Shown here: positions 28,810 to 43,174 of the stretch, piece after piece
Layout: the number at the start of each line of letters is the position of its first letter
Position numbering within the stretch: position 1 is the first letter of the stretch
Assembly (NCBI RefSeq): GCF_009914755.1
Contig: NC_060930.1
Length of the DNA: 64,000 nt
Source: the human T2T-CHM13v2.0 reference genome, Homo sapiens
Direction: 5' to 3' (one strand)
Notes under the pieces: generated by a model
Told to the model about the DNA's origin: nothing
The model's input: only the letters and a program-made list of their open reading frames with translations
The model's database searches: none
Program-made: the position numbers and the translations under genes

Positions 28810-28963
28810 TGGAAATTTACAAAATGCTAGGATTAAGGCAATTTAGAGTTGCCTTGTCTTAATCCTAGCATTTTGCACAACTTAGAGTTGCCTTGTCTTA
28901 ATCCTAGCATTTTGCACAACTTAAGAGTTGCCTTGTCTTAATCCTAGCATTTCAAAATCTCCA
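28810..28963. repeat. Inverted repeat enclosing about 2.8 tandem copies of a 39-bp unit
   Basis: Units 28843-28881, 28882-28920, 28921-28952; arm 28820-28837 is the exact reverse complement of 28858-28875. Confidence 0.9.
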
Positions 28964-29452
28964 TCATAGTAATAAGGGTCCGTACACAGAAGAAACAATG
29001 TCTTGGTTGGACCATAACATTTAATTACTGTATTTAAATTAGCAAACTCATAATCCATGCATCCTATGTATGCTAATGCTATTAATCAAATGTGTTATTA
29101 AAACAAATGTCTCAGAAATACTTGATAATGCTAAATAAGAGTTTATCTTATATAAATTGTACTTTAATAAAGGGTGGTATTTAATACTTATGTACATAAA
29201 CTTTATTTAAAAGAATACAATTAAGCCCAAATTATGTTGTTTTATATGGAGACATACTTCATTTTATTTCTAGAGATAGTGAGATAAAATCTGTATGATA
29301 CTGGCTCTATTAATTGAAACTTATTAAACAGATTTACTAAATCTATAGTTGCTTATTAGCTATGTTTTCCCCAAGTCTCTGCTGAACTTACTCAATAAGA
29401 ATCACCTAGCCAATGCACAAAATTGTGATAAATTTTTAAAATATTGCTTTAA

Positions 29453-29776
<324 letters not shown>

Positions 29777-30099
29777 TCATTATACAGCAAAACTGTCTGA
29801 GGCACATGGAGTCCATGTTGCCAGCAAAAAAAAAATTAAATAAATTTTTAAAAATTAGTGCTTTGGGGATTAATGCCATTATTTGTGTAAAAAAAAAAAC
29901 AGACTTGAATTCCCAAGTCTGTTCCTGTCTTTTTGTATATAGTACAATAAAATAATGTTATAAATCTTATTGAAGTTACAGATTCAGTGAGCAAATTTTA
30001 TTCCATCTCCTACTGTCTTCATTTCATCCCAGAACAAGATTCAACTATAGGTCATTTGGGGCCTCTAAAATAACCCCAGTAAAATCAGGTATAATTTTT

Positions 30100-30162
30100 C
30101 ATAACTTTTCTTCTTACAGATCATAATTTTGCACAACTATCATAATTTTTCTTCTTACAGAT
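30100..30162. repeat. Short imperfect tandem duplication cataa(c/t)ttttcttcttacagat
   Basis: Two copies separated by cataattttgcacaactat. Confidence 0.8.
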
Positions 30163-33100
30163 ACCACTCTTCTGACAATAGTGATTTGGAGAGCACTTAA
30201 TAGGCAGATTGGAACCAAAGACCATAGATAATTACCACCTCTGTCAGCAAACTCAAAATAGCAAAGCACTTAAATTTGGGACCCTCTGATATGAAGATGT
30301 TTATTAACATAATTTCCTTTTTTTCTAATTGGAAGTTTTAAAAACCCTAAATTTCAATGAACATATACATATGAGACACTGAGTTTTTATATATTTTTGA
30401 CATTAGTGGCTTTATCAAAGTGTACTTAGAGACAATTTCCCCTATATGTTTCTCTCCAGTGTTACCTTGACGTTTTTTTCCTTAAAAAAACTTCAGGTAA
30501 CACATTAAATGCATTATTTGTTATTACGACATTATTGTGAAATGATGTAGTTTTTATGAAGTCTTTTAGTACACTAGCTATTGGATAACTTCCTGGAAAG
30601 GAAGTTCAACATATTGTCAATTCCTAATTAAACTTGATTTCTGACCTTACTAAATATTCATCCTCCTTGGGTGGTATCCCAAAACTACTAGCCAGTCATA
30701 TGACTTGAGATCCAAAGCTGTGTGCATGAGATAGGATTTGGGGAGAAATTTGGGGGAGAATGTTTCCTGAGTGCAGAGTGAGGCAACCTCACAACAAATT
30801 AGAATTCTGTTTCCTCCCAGGAGGTCTCCTTGGCTGTAGAGTGAGAAAGATGTACTCCCTAAAAAGCCAATACCTCCCTCCCAAGTAATTCATGTTTATA
30901 CTCTGCCAAACACTGCAAAGGAACACTTGAGCTCTACATTTAAAAAAAAAACATTCTTCTCTAGCAAATAAGGCCACATCACTTTAATAGCTAGCCTCTA
31001 AGTTCACATACTAAAGACAAAACATACCAGAAATTCAACTTATAACAAGACGTTACATCAGCAAAGGAGGATTGCTTTATCCACAGGAAGCTGTACACCA
31101 AGTTACAGAACAAAAACATGTCCTCTTGGATTTTGCATCAATTTGCCTATATATAACCTGCTTCCCATGTTCTATGGCTCCCTACCCACCAGGGGCTCTG
31201 CCTAGAGGTACCAGCTTAGGGTTGTGCTATTCTTCCCCTCCCCCGACCAAGTACCAAACATCAGCTTTGAACCTACTGGCCTCAGAACAACTTGTCCACT
31301 GCAAAAATGTCCTACATTCTATTTACCTTTTAGAAGTACTTAGATATGATTTACTTTCAAGTTTCTCATTTTCCTAAACTGCTTCAGGGTTCAATCCTGT
31401 TATTATCACATTCAGAAATTAATCACAGTTCTGTTAAAACATCTGTTTTAAATAGGAAGTTCAAGAAACTTCCTCTCTTGATTTGGACTTGTATTCCTCT
31501 TTTGGATTCAGCTTAGCTAATTAAAAATACTTCTGCTAATAGGTTCTGTCATTTGCTCTAGGAAATTTTTGAACCAGATGATACAAACTCTCTTGGGAGT
31601 TCTCAACCACCTAATAATTTATTTGCTTCCTTCCAGCAGATTTCCCACTCTACCATCAGCCCATATTATCTCCTTACCTCCCCAGGATGCAGAAGTCACC
31701 AATAATCACAGTTATAACTGATAAATTCTTTTTTGGCAAGCTAATTCTTATCTCCAGCATAGATTGCTGTTTTACAGATACAAGCAAATTTGAATTAGTT
31801 CCCATATATAACATTAACTATAAATAAAAATTAAGTAATGGAAAAATAGGTAAGTATTTGAGCAAAGCATGCTGAGGTTCTACTCTTTTAAACACAGATG
31901 GTAAATACCTAGGTTGTTCTAAGTCTATGGCTAGTCACAGAATAGCATGCAAAATAACATTATGTGTGAAAACTAAGGTCACTGCGCTTTTTAAATGAGG
32001 ACAACAATATTCATCAAAATATTGTTGTAAGAACTTTTTCACAGTTTCTATATAGATGTCTTAGTAGCTCAAAATCATTTAGCAGTATTATTTTGATCCA
32101 ATGAGTATGAGTGTTTCAGTCTATGTATGAATGTACATTTTACTCACTTGTAGTAGTTTCATCATATGAAATAATGAATAATGTACTGGGAGAAACTGAA
32201 GAACTGATTTTTGGTCCTGGCCTTATCATTAATAAGATGCTTAGACATCTGTACGCCTCAGGGATTTTTTTTAAAGGGTTTGTTGCTGTTTGTCTTCTTT
32301 AGTAATAGTAATTATCCTCTTGATCTCTAAGGTCTATTTCAGTTCTAACCAGCTCTGTGATTTTGCATATATGTAGCATTAGCAGAAGTAGAGAGGCCAA
32401 AAGTACTTTTACCAGGTAAGTAATTAATCATTAGATCTTAGGAAAAGCATTGTAGCAGGATCTTGCAAGGTGCTTGCTAAACAATAGTGAAGCATATTAT
32501 ATTATGACTCTAAGAGAGAATGCCAGAATCATAAAAAATTATAGCTCAGTGCTAAATCATAGGCCAAGGTAGGGTGATATGCCAAAGGTTACACAACCTT
32601 TTGGTGGTAGAAAAGAGTATGGCTCCAGTCTCATGGTTTTCAGTTCTCTCAGGTATCAAGTCCATTTTTCAGCAGCCCTTCTTCTCTGGATATTCACCCT
32701 GATATCTATCCTAAATCTAAATCCTGCTTTTTGGTGGTGTTTGGTCCTTTAAAATGAGAGCCTCTCTGTCCTATTTTGAGGGTCCTTCATGAACTTGAAG
32801 AGCATGAGACAAACCCCTGAAACTTTCTCATTCTTGAAGTGCCTTTGTGTTCTGCTGGGGGAGTCGGAAAGGGTGAGGAAAGGGCCATTTGTAACTCATG
32901 CATGTACTGTGTGTTTATACTTCACAGAAAGCTCTCAGGCCCCTTTCTTCACAGGCCTGGTGGCTTCTGAGGTGAGAACTCCCCAGTCCAGGACTCCTGG
33001 CTGTTTTGCATCCATCACCTGCTGTTGTGCCTTTGGAGGGAAATAGAAGTAACTTTCACCACCCAAAAATGACAGTACCTGGACTTCCTGTAATTCTGCC

Positions 33101-33620
33101 ATCTCATTACCTGTGTGTTCTCACACAGGACTTGTTAGTTCCTTCCACGTCATTCTCACTGGTTTGTGTTGCAAAGAGAGGAATCAGAAACAGCTCTTTC
33201 TTGCCCAACTTTCTGCCATTTTTCAGCTTCTAGTTTTGTTTATCTATAGTGAGTGCCAAGCTTTGTACAGCAGTGGACAGGCCTTTAAACCCCAGGGTAG
33301 ATTCTGAAATAATAGTTTATCTTCCTAGAAGAGGCAATGTTCATAAAATAGACTTTGATCAGAGAAGGACACATCCGCCAAAAGAAAAATAGGAGAAAGG
33401 GCAATACAAGGAGAAGGAACAAATTGAGCAAGTCAAGGAAGGGTGGCATGGCCTGACAGTCAAGCAATTATTTAAGCCTGGAGTGTGGGGGTCCCGCCAA
33501 GGGAAGGGAAAGATGCTCAGAAGAATGGAGAAGTAGAGCCCAGTCACAGAGTGCCTCAAGTACATAGCATTGTGTTCTATGAGTAATAAGGAACTTTTGG
33601 GCGGTTTTCAAATAGAGATG

Positions 33621-33702
33621 ATGATATGATATGATATGACATGATATGATATGATATGATATGATATGATATGATATGATATGATATGATGTATGATATG
33701 AT
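33621..33702 (+). repeat. (ATGAT)n pentanucleotide repeat, about 16 units
   Basis: Direct reading; two interruptions. Confidence 0.95.
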
Positions 33703-34320
33703 CAACTTGCATTTTGGAAAACTGCAAGAATGAAAAATGAATCCTAGAGTTTTGAGGCTGGAGATTACAAGACCAATTAGGAGGGTATCAGAGTAACCCA
33801 AATGAAAAGTAGTTAAAACCCTCAATTTAGGCCATGGTAGGGGAAATGGAGAGGAGGAGTCAGCTGCTAGAGATGTTAGTGGGTTAGAATGAGAGAATAA
33901 GCAGGACTTGCTGAATGAGGGCAGAAGGAGAAGGAGAAGCATAGATGGTTACCAGGTTTCTAGCTTGGGAGACTGAATGGGTTAGATATCCCTGTTGAGA
34001 TGGAGAATAATAAGAGAAGGAGAAGCTTTGGAAGAAGATGGGGCAGTATTGAAAATGGTTTTTAGACAAGCTGATTTGGAAAAACACACTATAAAGATGG
34101 ATACACAGTTGGTGATAGAAGTTTGGGAGTCATTGGCATCTGGGTGTAGATGAAATAACCAGAGCCAGCTTGTAGAGCAGGAACATGGCTCTTAATAGAG
34201 ATGTGGGAAACATCAATCCTTATTGTGTATACATAAAATAAGGAGCCAACAAGGGAAACTGAAGCAGAGCAAAGAGGTGAAAGAAGCAGCAAAGCAGATT
34301 AGATATCTTGGTCATTGAGG
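33703..34320 (-). mobile_element. L2 fragment
   Basis: caggtttctagcttgggagactgaatgg, tttgggagtcattggcatctgggtg L2 text; boundaries approximate. Confidence 0.55.
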
Positions 34321-34572
34321 GAAAAGAGCACAGCCTAACTCTGCCCTTGCCCTTACTAGAGACCAGAGGTTTGTTTTCTGGAAAAACTGACCTAAGAAGT
34401 TCTGGACCCAGACATAAGAATGGGCAGCAGACTGATTGCAGGGGAGTAAAAACTTTATACCTTGAGCTGTGAGATTCTCATCTTACCTCCCCTGACCAGA
34501 ATTTGGATAGCCTGCCCCAGAAAGGTTACTGGAGGACTTTTTCCTTTAAAAACTATTAGAAGATGTAAAGAG

Positions 34573-34575
34573 AAA

Positions 34576-34612
<37 letters not shown>

Positions 34613-34680
34613 GATAGATAGATAGATAGATAAAGACAGATAGATGATAGGCAGATCAATAGATAGATCAATAGATAAAA
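34573..34680 (+). repeat. Compound (GA)n/(GATA)n microsatellite
   Basis: Direct reading. Confidence 0.9.
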
Positions 34681-35024
34681 GAAGTAGAATATAACCAATC
34701 AGGGAAACAGAGAACTCAACATAGGCAAAAGGGCAACAGCTGTGCAGCAGGCCTAGAAAACAACCAGTCCAGACTGAATATGGAAGCAGAGGGCTGAACT
34801 AGGAAGGCCTCCAGGGAAAAATATGCAACTGGTGTGTTTAAGTGTTTGGAAAAATTACTGATAGGTGTTTGGCAAGTCTAATGGAGCATTTGGAAAAATA
34901 TATATATAGATATATGGAAAACCAAGCAGATGAAAAATTAAAACAATTATTCTTTTGAAGGGGGAAATGTGGTAAGAGGAAGAGAGCATAATCATAGTAT
35001 ACTACTTGGCTCAGCTGATAGTAA

Positions 35025-35343
<319 letters not shown>

Positions 35344-37569
35344 GATAACTATATTTAAATTTGCACTGCAAAACACATAAATATATAAATGTTGGCTGCT
35401 GATTTATCAAAAAGTTGAGGATGTAATCATATTGGGAAAATGAGAAAAAGGAAAGAGAAGGGATAAGTGAGAAGGTTAAACCTTCAACCATCAAAACAAT
35501 AATGCGAAGACAAAAGAGATCTAAAATCTAGAAATAGAAAGTCACACTATAAGCACTTTAGTTAGAAATATGGAGATAAATGCCAGAAGAAAGAGCTAAG
35601 AGTTGGAAGTGATGTTCTCCGGGGGAAAAAACTGTGGGCTCAGGGAAGTGGTAAGGAACATCTGTTTTCATTGTCTTTTAGCTCTGGCTGATATTTGAAC
35701 TATGTATATGAATTTCTTTATTAAAAATAAAAAGTGACTAATGATAAATAAGTGTGAGACTGGAGGCAGGAATTCTCTCAATAGCTCACCTGGGCATGGA
35801 AGGAGACTGGGCAGTAGCTACAGAGGACTGCATAGATGAAGGAGGAATTTTGCTAAAATGAGAGAGGTCAGAGGATAGCAAGTGAAAACGAGAAGTGGAA
35901 AGACCAGAGAACAAAGAAATAACCAATGATGAGACCCTAAAGAGACAGAAAGGAAACATTATCCAGGTTGGGAAAATTTGGGAATCATATCTTCCTGTTT
36001 CCTGGGAAATCCTCTCTATGCTCATCTCCTCATTACTCGTTCTCTCTCTCAGCCCTCCAGCCTCCAATATAAATGTGCTCTTCATATCTATAACCCCGTG
36101 TTTTTCCCAACAAGGAAAGTCTCACCCTTTCCTCAATATTCTGAATCTGGGGAATGAGAAATTTAAATATTTTTACACTTGATATTCTTAGACTTGTTTT
36201 CATGTCTCCGAAATTATACTCTTCCCACACTACACATGAAAGCTATTTTTCACTTCTTTCTTGAAGACATTCGAGTAAGAGCTCTGGGTACACCCTTAAC
36301 GAATACCCTAAAATCTCTAGAGAGAGCTCAATTGCCACCCATCAACCAGTCCTCACTGGAAATACAATTAAAACACCAGTAGAAACTGAATAGCTTTTAA
36401 GCAGATGACCTAGATATATAGCTCACATGTAAAAAAATGATAAACACTCTTGAGGCTGTGTCCCATATCGAAACATTTCTGGAATCATGCATGTAAGCTG
36501 GACACCACCATAGTGTGCTGAAATAGTCAGCACATTATAATTATTCTCAGGCAGTGAAGACCAGGGTCTCCTCTGTAGCTGTGTAGATCGTGTCCTGCAC
36601 ATCCCTAGAGGGCACCAACACACTGAAGTCTGTGGAAATGGCCCACCCTTCCCACCCCAAAGTCACCCACCATCCCAAGATTTCAGGGTGGGGCCTGAGC
36701 AGCAGCTGTACACATCAGCCATAGTGAGACCCCTTTTATTTTACTACGCAGTACGTTTCAGGACAGAGAAAATATTGCAAAGTTTTCATCCCATTCACCC
36801 CTACAAAAAGCACATTAAGTTGCATCTTAAAAGTACTGTCTTCACAAATGGAAGTTGGATTTGTGGTACATTTAGTTCACCACCTCCTATCCCCAGTGGA
36901 TTTTATTTCTAATGTGTGGCTTAAAGCAAAGCTATCCAATAAATATAGAGTGGGCTCTAAAATTACAAAGAAAAACTGTCATGGTAGTTGTTCTTTATCA
37001 TTTCTGAAAAGCAAATCTGTGTTGTTCTGCCAAGTTTTTTTTAGCAGTTGTACTTTGTGGGTGGCTCTATTCCAATATCTAGATGTATAAACATCCTGTA
37101 CACGCACTGTTAAGCCTTCAGAGCACTCTCCTGTAGATGGTATAGACTTCCTGGAAGAAACACCATAAGCATGATGTGAGAAGGTAAAAGCAAAAGCAGC
37201 AGCAAGCGGCAATAAGATTATGATAAAAATCACTGAAGAATGGCAGGTGGAGTCAAAAGGAATGCGGTGTTTGGTTCTTCTGACACCCTCATTTGCTCAA
37301 ATACAATACGTTATGGTACAGTAACACTAAATACTTCACAAATGTCAGGTACACATTAGTAAAAACAGTGAATGTCTTCATTTTTGAAAGCGTTGAATGT
37401 TCACTTTATGAAAGAGGAAAAATCTTGTAAAAAAATATGTCAGTATTCCAAATGGCAATCTCTCTTGTTCAAATTTACCCAAAATCATAAAATGTTCTTT
37501 CTCAGTCTCTCCCTCTCCTTTGACCTTGAAACCCCATTACTATGGCAGGTCTTTAACATGGCTCCTCAA

Positions 37570-37880
<311 letters not shown>

Positions 37881-38829
37881 ACTCAACATTTTGTAATATA
37901 ATGCCGAGAACTGATGAGCAGTAGGCAACAGCGATCTGATTAAAATGAATGTGAATACTATGAGGCATCTACATCTACCACCACTATATACAATTCAAGC
38001 CCAAGTTCTGCAAGCAATAGAAAATCTGGTGTGGAAAGGAACTCAGAGAAGAGCTTCGTTATCATGAAACATGTTGAATCATGAGATAAAAATCTAATCA
38101 TACATCTTTTTTTTAAAGAAGTATGCTTTTTCCCAAATATCAAGAACAGGTGCTATCCATATAATTTTGGAACACTCACAATTCAAAAATGGAAAACTAA
38201 AAATCTGTGACTTTTTGCTGTTGTATTTTTGTAAAGTTCACTCAGTTGGCTCAAAAATGTCAGCAAAGGTGCAGCCTACATGAGATCTTGTGTGCTAAGC
38301 TGTGGGTTACTAGCCTTGAACTCGTTTGTGGTTATGTGGCTATGAAACACAAAGTCCACCTTAACATGGTTAATCTCACAAATACACCTGGCATTTTGCA
38401 CTCACACTCTGCTTCATGCTTATTAAAACATGCCTAAAAATGAAAGAAACTGATTCAAACAAGAGTAAAACTGACAGAAATAATCCACTTCTCCACACCA
38501 CACACACACATACACACCCAAATCATGAACTGGTTTTACACTTGCAAGTCTATACTTAATTGAGAAAAATATTTGAATTCAATTAAGATATGCATGATGT
38601 CATTTTTTCCCTTGGCATTAATGTATCAGAATTTACTTTCTGCTATTTTCTATCCATCACAATCTCTGTTGAGCTATAAAAGGCCATTTGGCAGCTCTTT
38701 TCAAACTATTCCACAATTTAAATCAATTGCACACTTGAATAGAGCACGAGTCTGACATTAATGATTTTAAAATTATTGCCTAAGAAATTCTGGGAATCTT
38801 ATGGAGGAGCTAAAACTTCTACAATACAC

Positions 38830-38892
38830 ACAGACACACACAAATAAGTAAAACTCTGTTCTTAGGATTCCATATTTCATTTCCATTTTATT
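38830..38892 (-). terminator. FILIP1: FILIP1 proximal polyadenylation signal with downstream GU-rich element
   Basis: AATAAA (plus tttatt 38887-38892), followed on the minus strand by ttttacttatttgtgtgtgtctgtgtgt. Confidence 0.7.
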
Positions 38893-39468
38893 ACATGTTC
38901 ACATTATTTCCTGAAATCATCTTAGAACCTTTTGTTTTTGCAAAATTTTAGAGGTCCAGGCCCTGTGATAGCTATGTGATGTTTTTTCCAGCACATAAAG
39001 CAAATTCATGATGTGAAAGAGGCAAATGACAATAGTTAAAGTATGTCTTATTTTGTAATAGGATTTTTTTAATAAAAAATTATTGTGGAACAAGGTACAT
39101 TAAATTTGGCTTGCAATTAGGAAATATGGGAGCCGGACTTGAAGAGCGTGTGATTGAGTCCCCACATCTAACTGATGAGGAAACAGGCTCAGATGGGTCT
39201 ATTGATGGGTCCACTTGCTAGAAGCAAAACTGGAACTAGAAACCACGCCCTGGCTTCTAGGCAGCAAGCAATAGTTTTGCTAATTTTGTTCCCCAGCATC
39301 AAAACAAATGCACAAAATGGGAAAGACAAATGGTTATTAGTTGGTTATTTTATAAACACAATATTTAAAACTTAAATTAGTACATGTAAAGAACTGGCAC
39401 AAACAGATGAAGGTTCACTTTCACGGCAGCAGTAGCATCTGCACAACATACCCCCTTAGCCACTGCCC

Positions 39469-39675
39469 TCAGCCCTTCCCCCCTCCGAGAGAGGTGGTGC
39501 TGCTGGCTGCAGATTTCTTCAGCTCTATTTTCATAGACTGAGTCTCAGCTCGAGGCTCGAATTTGGTCAGATTTCCTGCTCCTGGGGCTGCCACTACTGG
39601 CTTTCCTGCTTTCATACCTTTTGACATAGGAATGCGGGTGGGTGTAGGCCGCTGGGATGACCCGTCTTGTCCTGA
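39469..39675 (-). CDS. FILIP1: FILIP1 proximal terminal coding exon SGQDGSSQRPTPTRIPMSKGMKAGK...SLGGGKG*
   Basis: Acceptor ttttctctcttacag|TCAGGA, phase 0 matching the donor at 43174; TGA at 39469-39471; internal donor at 39617. Confidence 0.93.
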   Translation of the reverse strand, partial: SGQDGSSQRPTPTRIPMSKGMKAGKPVVAAPGAGNLTKFEPRAETQSMKIELKKSAASSTTSLGGGKG

Positions 39676-40049
39676 CTGTAAGAGAGAAAATACGTAGATA
39701 CAAGGGAGATGTTGGTGAGTTTCCTCTGGATATGCCATCAATCTGAACATTAGTGGGACTCTTGCCACACAGGAACACCCACAGAAGACCCTTCCCCAGA
39801 TAAAATAATTGTGAGAAACTTGGAGTTTGTATCTAATCCACTCTGATTATCTCCCCTTCCCTTCACTTAAAACAACTTTGCTTGAAACTTCCTTCTCTTC
39901 TGAAGCACTAACTTACCTCCTCTGCCCTTACTGAAGATGGCCTTAACTCCAGTTTCACAGAGGAAATAAATATAGACCACCAGGCAAAAACTCAGGCAAC
40001 TTTACTCCTACTGCTCCCTAAATTAACTCTACACTCCCTCCTTTCTTCC

Positions 40050-41215
40050 ATTTCAGATGAAGCCACTCGCTTTTCACCTCCTAAAGACCTCAGAATCTTC
40101 GCATGTTATTGTCGCTGCTGACCACATCCTCCTTTTTAAAGTGCTCCTAACACTGTCTTGCTGTGATTTCTTAGGACAGACTCATCAATTCACCTCTCAT
40201 ATCTGATGACCCCTTTTCAATCTCTTGCTGGCTTCTTGTTCTCTACTCTGCCTGCCTTCTAAATGTGTCACCATGTTCCATTCTCAGCCTCCTTTTAATG
40301 TTTAATATTCACCCTGAGAATTGCCTTAGTTATTACCCCATGTGTTCAAACCCTGGGATCCCTAGGCTTCAGTGCCCTCTAGAAATGCAGATCCTTATTC
40401 CCAACTACTCACTGGACATTTCTGATGTTCCCCAGACATCTTAAATATAACATGCCCCAAACATTACTTATCCTCTCTCCTAGACAGCTAGTCCCCCTAA
40501 AGTTTCTCATCTTATTCTCCCAGACAGCCAAATCAGAAACCCAAGAGTCACCCTCTCTACTCAATTTGTCATGAAATCGTTATGATTCTGTCTTCACTAT
40601 ATCTCTGTCCTCATTTTCACTACCATAGTTCAAGCCTGCTCCATCATTAAGATAGAGAATTGCAACAGCATCCCTGTCCCTCCAAGTTATCCTTTAAACT
40701 GTTTTCCACACACATGTTTCTAAAACATAAACAGTATGTTTTTCTCATGATCATCACCCTTTCAGTGGCTCCCTTTATCTAATCTATAAATATCAATTTC
40801 ATAATGAGACATGTATGTGCCTCCCTTCAATATCCAACCCCAGTTTGCTTCCTTATTTTCTGCCCTTGCATTTTTTGCCCCATGCGCAACTGTTAGCAGC
40901 ACAATGGGACTGCTCACCATTCCCCAAGCACGCCAGGCTCCTTCACACTGTCGTGCCTTCGCACATGCTGTTCTGTCTACAAAATCCTTCTCTTTTCCTT
41001 CTTGAAAATCCCTCTTTAACTGTGAAACCTCCACTTCTGTGAAGCCTTCTCCATTGGCTCCTTTGTACATACCTCTATCATAGAACCACTAAGTAGATTC
41101 CAAACCTGTCTATTCCACTGAGTCAAGAACTTCTACAGTCCTGGCTTCCCAGCACCTAGCCCATGCCTAAAGTGTAGCTGACACTCAACAAATGTTGAAT
41201 GAATAAATGTACAAA
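40050..41215 (+). mobile_element. L2 element
   Basis: Ends cccagcacctagcccatgcct...ctcaacaaatgttgaatgaataaatg (L2 3' terminus). Confidence 0.65.
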
Positions 41216-41954
41216 TGAACTACCCTCAGTGTTTAAATTCTAAGAGGAGTATTCCAAACCTTTTGTCCTTGATTTTATGAGATCTGATATACTTAAAATA
41301 GGTGGACCATTCAGAACTTAGAAATCTTAGACAGTTGCTTTGAAATGCTACCCGTGTATGAGGTTTAATCAGTAGTCAAAAATGTCAATACAGAGGGTAG
41401 GGCTACCTTGATCTGACACTTAAAAATGGTAAGAAAATGTTACGGCAGAAAATATGCTTTAAGTTACAATGATTTATACCTCCAATATCTTTTTATAAAA
41501 TGCAGCAGAAAGAAGCAAAACCCTACACAACCAAGCTATGCTCTATGTTACCTAAAAAGCAGTATCGGACCACCTGAGGACAGTGAATAATTCTGAATGC
41601 TATTTGGCTCATAAGGAGCCAATAAGTAAAAGCTTTACTGGCAAAGCAATTAGTAATTCACACTTTGGAGCCTGCCTCGAGTCTATGTTTGTGCATAGAA
41701 AATTAAAGTAAATCATATTAAGAATATAGGAAAATAAGCCACAGTTTCTATATTTAAATTATGAGCTTCCTGTCTTTCTTAAGAGGTTTCAATTTATGCT
41801 GTAGAACTTGTTCAGGGTCTAGAAATCACGATTTCTAGTCTATTAGCTTAAGTTAACATCTAAACAGTACAAGCTCTTCTATAATTACATTTGCCAATTT
41901 GCCACCAATAAATGAAGACAATCACTGGAAGTATTTTGAAAAATATAATTTATA

Positions 41955-42187
<233 letters not shown>

Positions 42188-42257
42188 AGAATTTAAGTTC
42201 CGGCTTTTGTGCTTTGCACATGCTTTTCAATAATCATTCATTTAGCCTTCCAGCTAG

Positions 42258-42574
42258 TTTGTTTGTTTGTTTGTTTGTTTGCTTGTTTGTTTGAGATGGA
42301 GTCTTGCTCTGTCACCCAGGCTGGAGTGGCATGGCACAATCTCAGCTCACCACAACCTCCGCCTCCTGGGCTCAAGTGATTCTCCTGCCTCAGCCTCCCA
42401 AGTAGCTGGGATTACAGGTATCTGCCATCATGCTCAGCTAATTTTTGTATTTTTAGTACAGACAGGGTTTCACCATATTGGCCAGGCTGGTCTTGAACTC
42501 CTGACCTCAGGTAATCCACCTGCCTCAGCCTCCCAAAGTGCTGGGATTACTGGCATGAGCCACCGCACCCAGCC
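42258..42574 (-). mobile_element. AluSx with (AAAC)n tail
   Basis: Alu consensus; TSD ccagcta. Confidence 0.9.
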
Positions 42575-43174
42575 CCAGCTATTTATTAAATAAATATTTA
42601 TGAAGCACGTGCTGTCTGCAAGATATGATTAAATAAAATACAGTTTTTATACATGTAAACTCACTTCTCTTTCACTTTTAAAAAAGTTTTTGATATTAAA
42701 ATCTTCTCATCTTATTTTGGGATAAAATATGACTGTGGCCATATATAACCACATATTGAATATTTTAGTTCATAGAAACATAACCTAGGAGCAATTTTAA
42801 TTCTTCCTCCATATAGACCATTTCCCCCGTCTCCATTCAAAAAAAGTATCTTAAACATTAAAATCAAATTTTAAGCCTTCTGATTACTATATGCTACCAT
42901 TTCAAAGAGGCTATCTTTGCAAGTATTTTATGGCACTCTCCATAATTTACATGAATAGGTGAAGTTTTCCCTCAAAGTTGGCCTAATTTATTAAACTATT
43001 AGGTCACTTTTTACATTCAGTTCTCAGTGTGGATGGTCCTCTGGGAAGCATCTGTTGGTGGATTCAGGTAGCATGAGAAGCATGTGGCTGGGTTTTACTG
43101 TGGGTGCTGGGTAGTCTCACTACTCACGTCTCCCTCCCTCTGCAGGCCTGCGCTTTGGAGCCTCTTCTACTCAC

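Noticed and set aside
28843-28952. CRISPR-like look of the 39-bp repeats
   Set aside because: Units are head-to-tail with no unique spacers, there are no cas genes, and the DNA is human.
39676-39768. N-terminal part of the 99-aa ORF 39469-39768
   Set aside because: Intron and polypyrimidine tract upstream of the acceptor.
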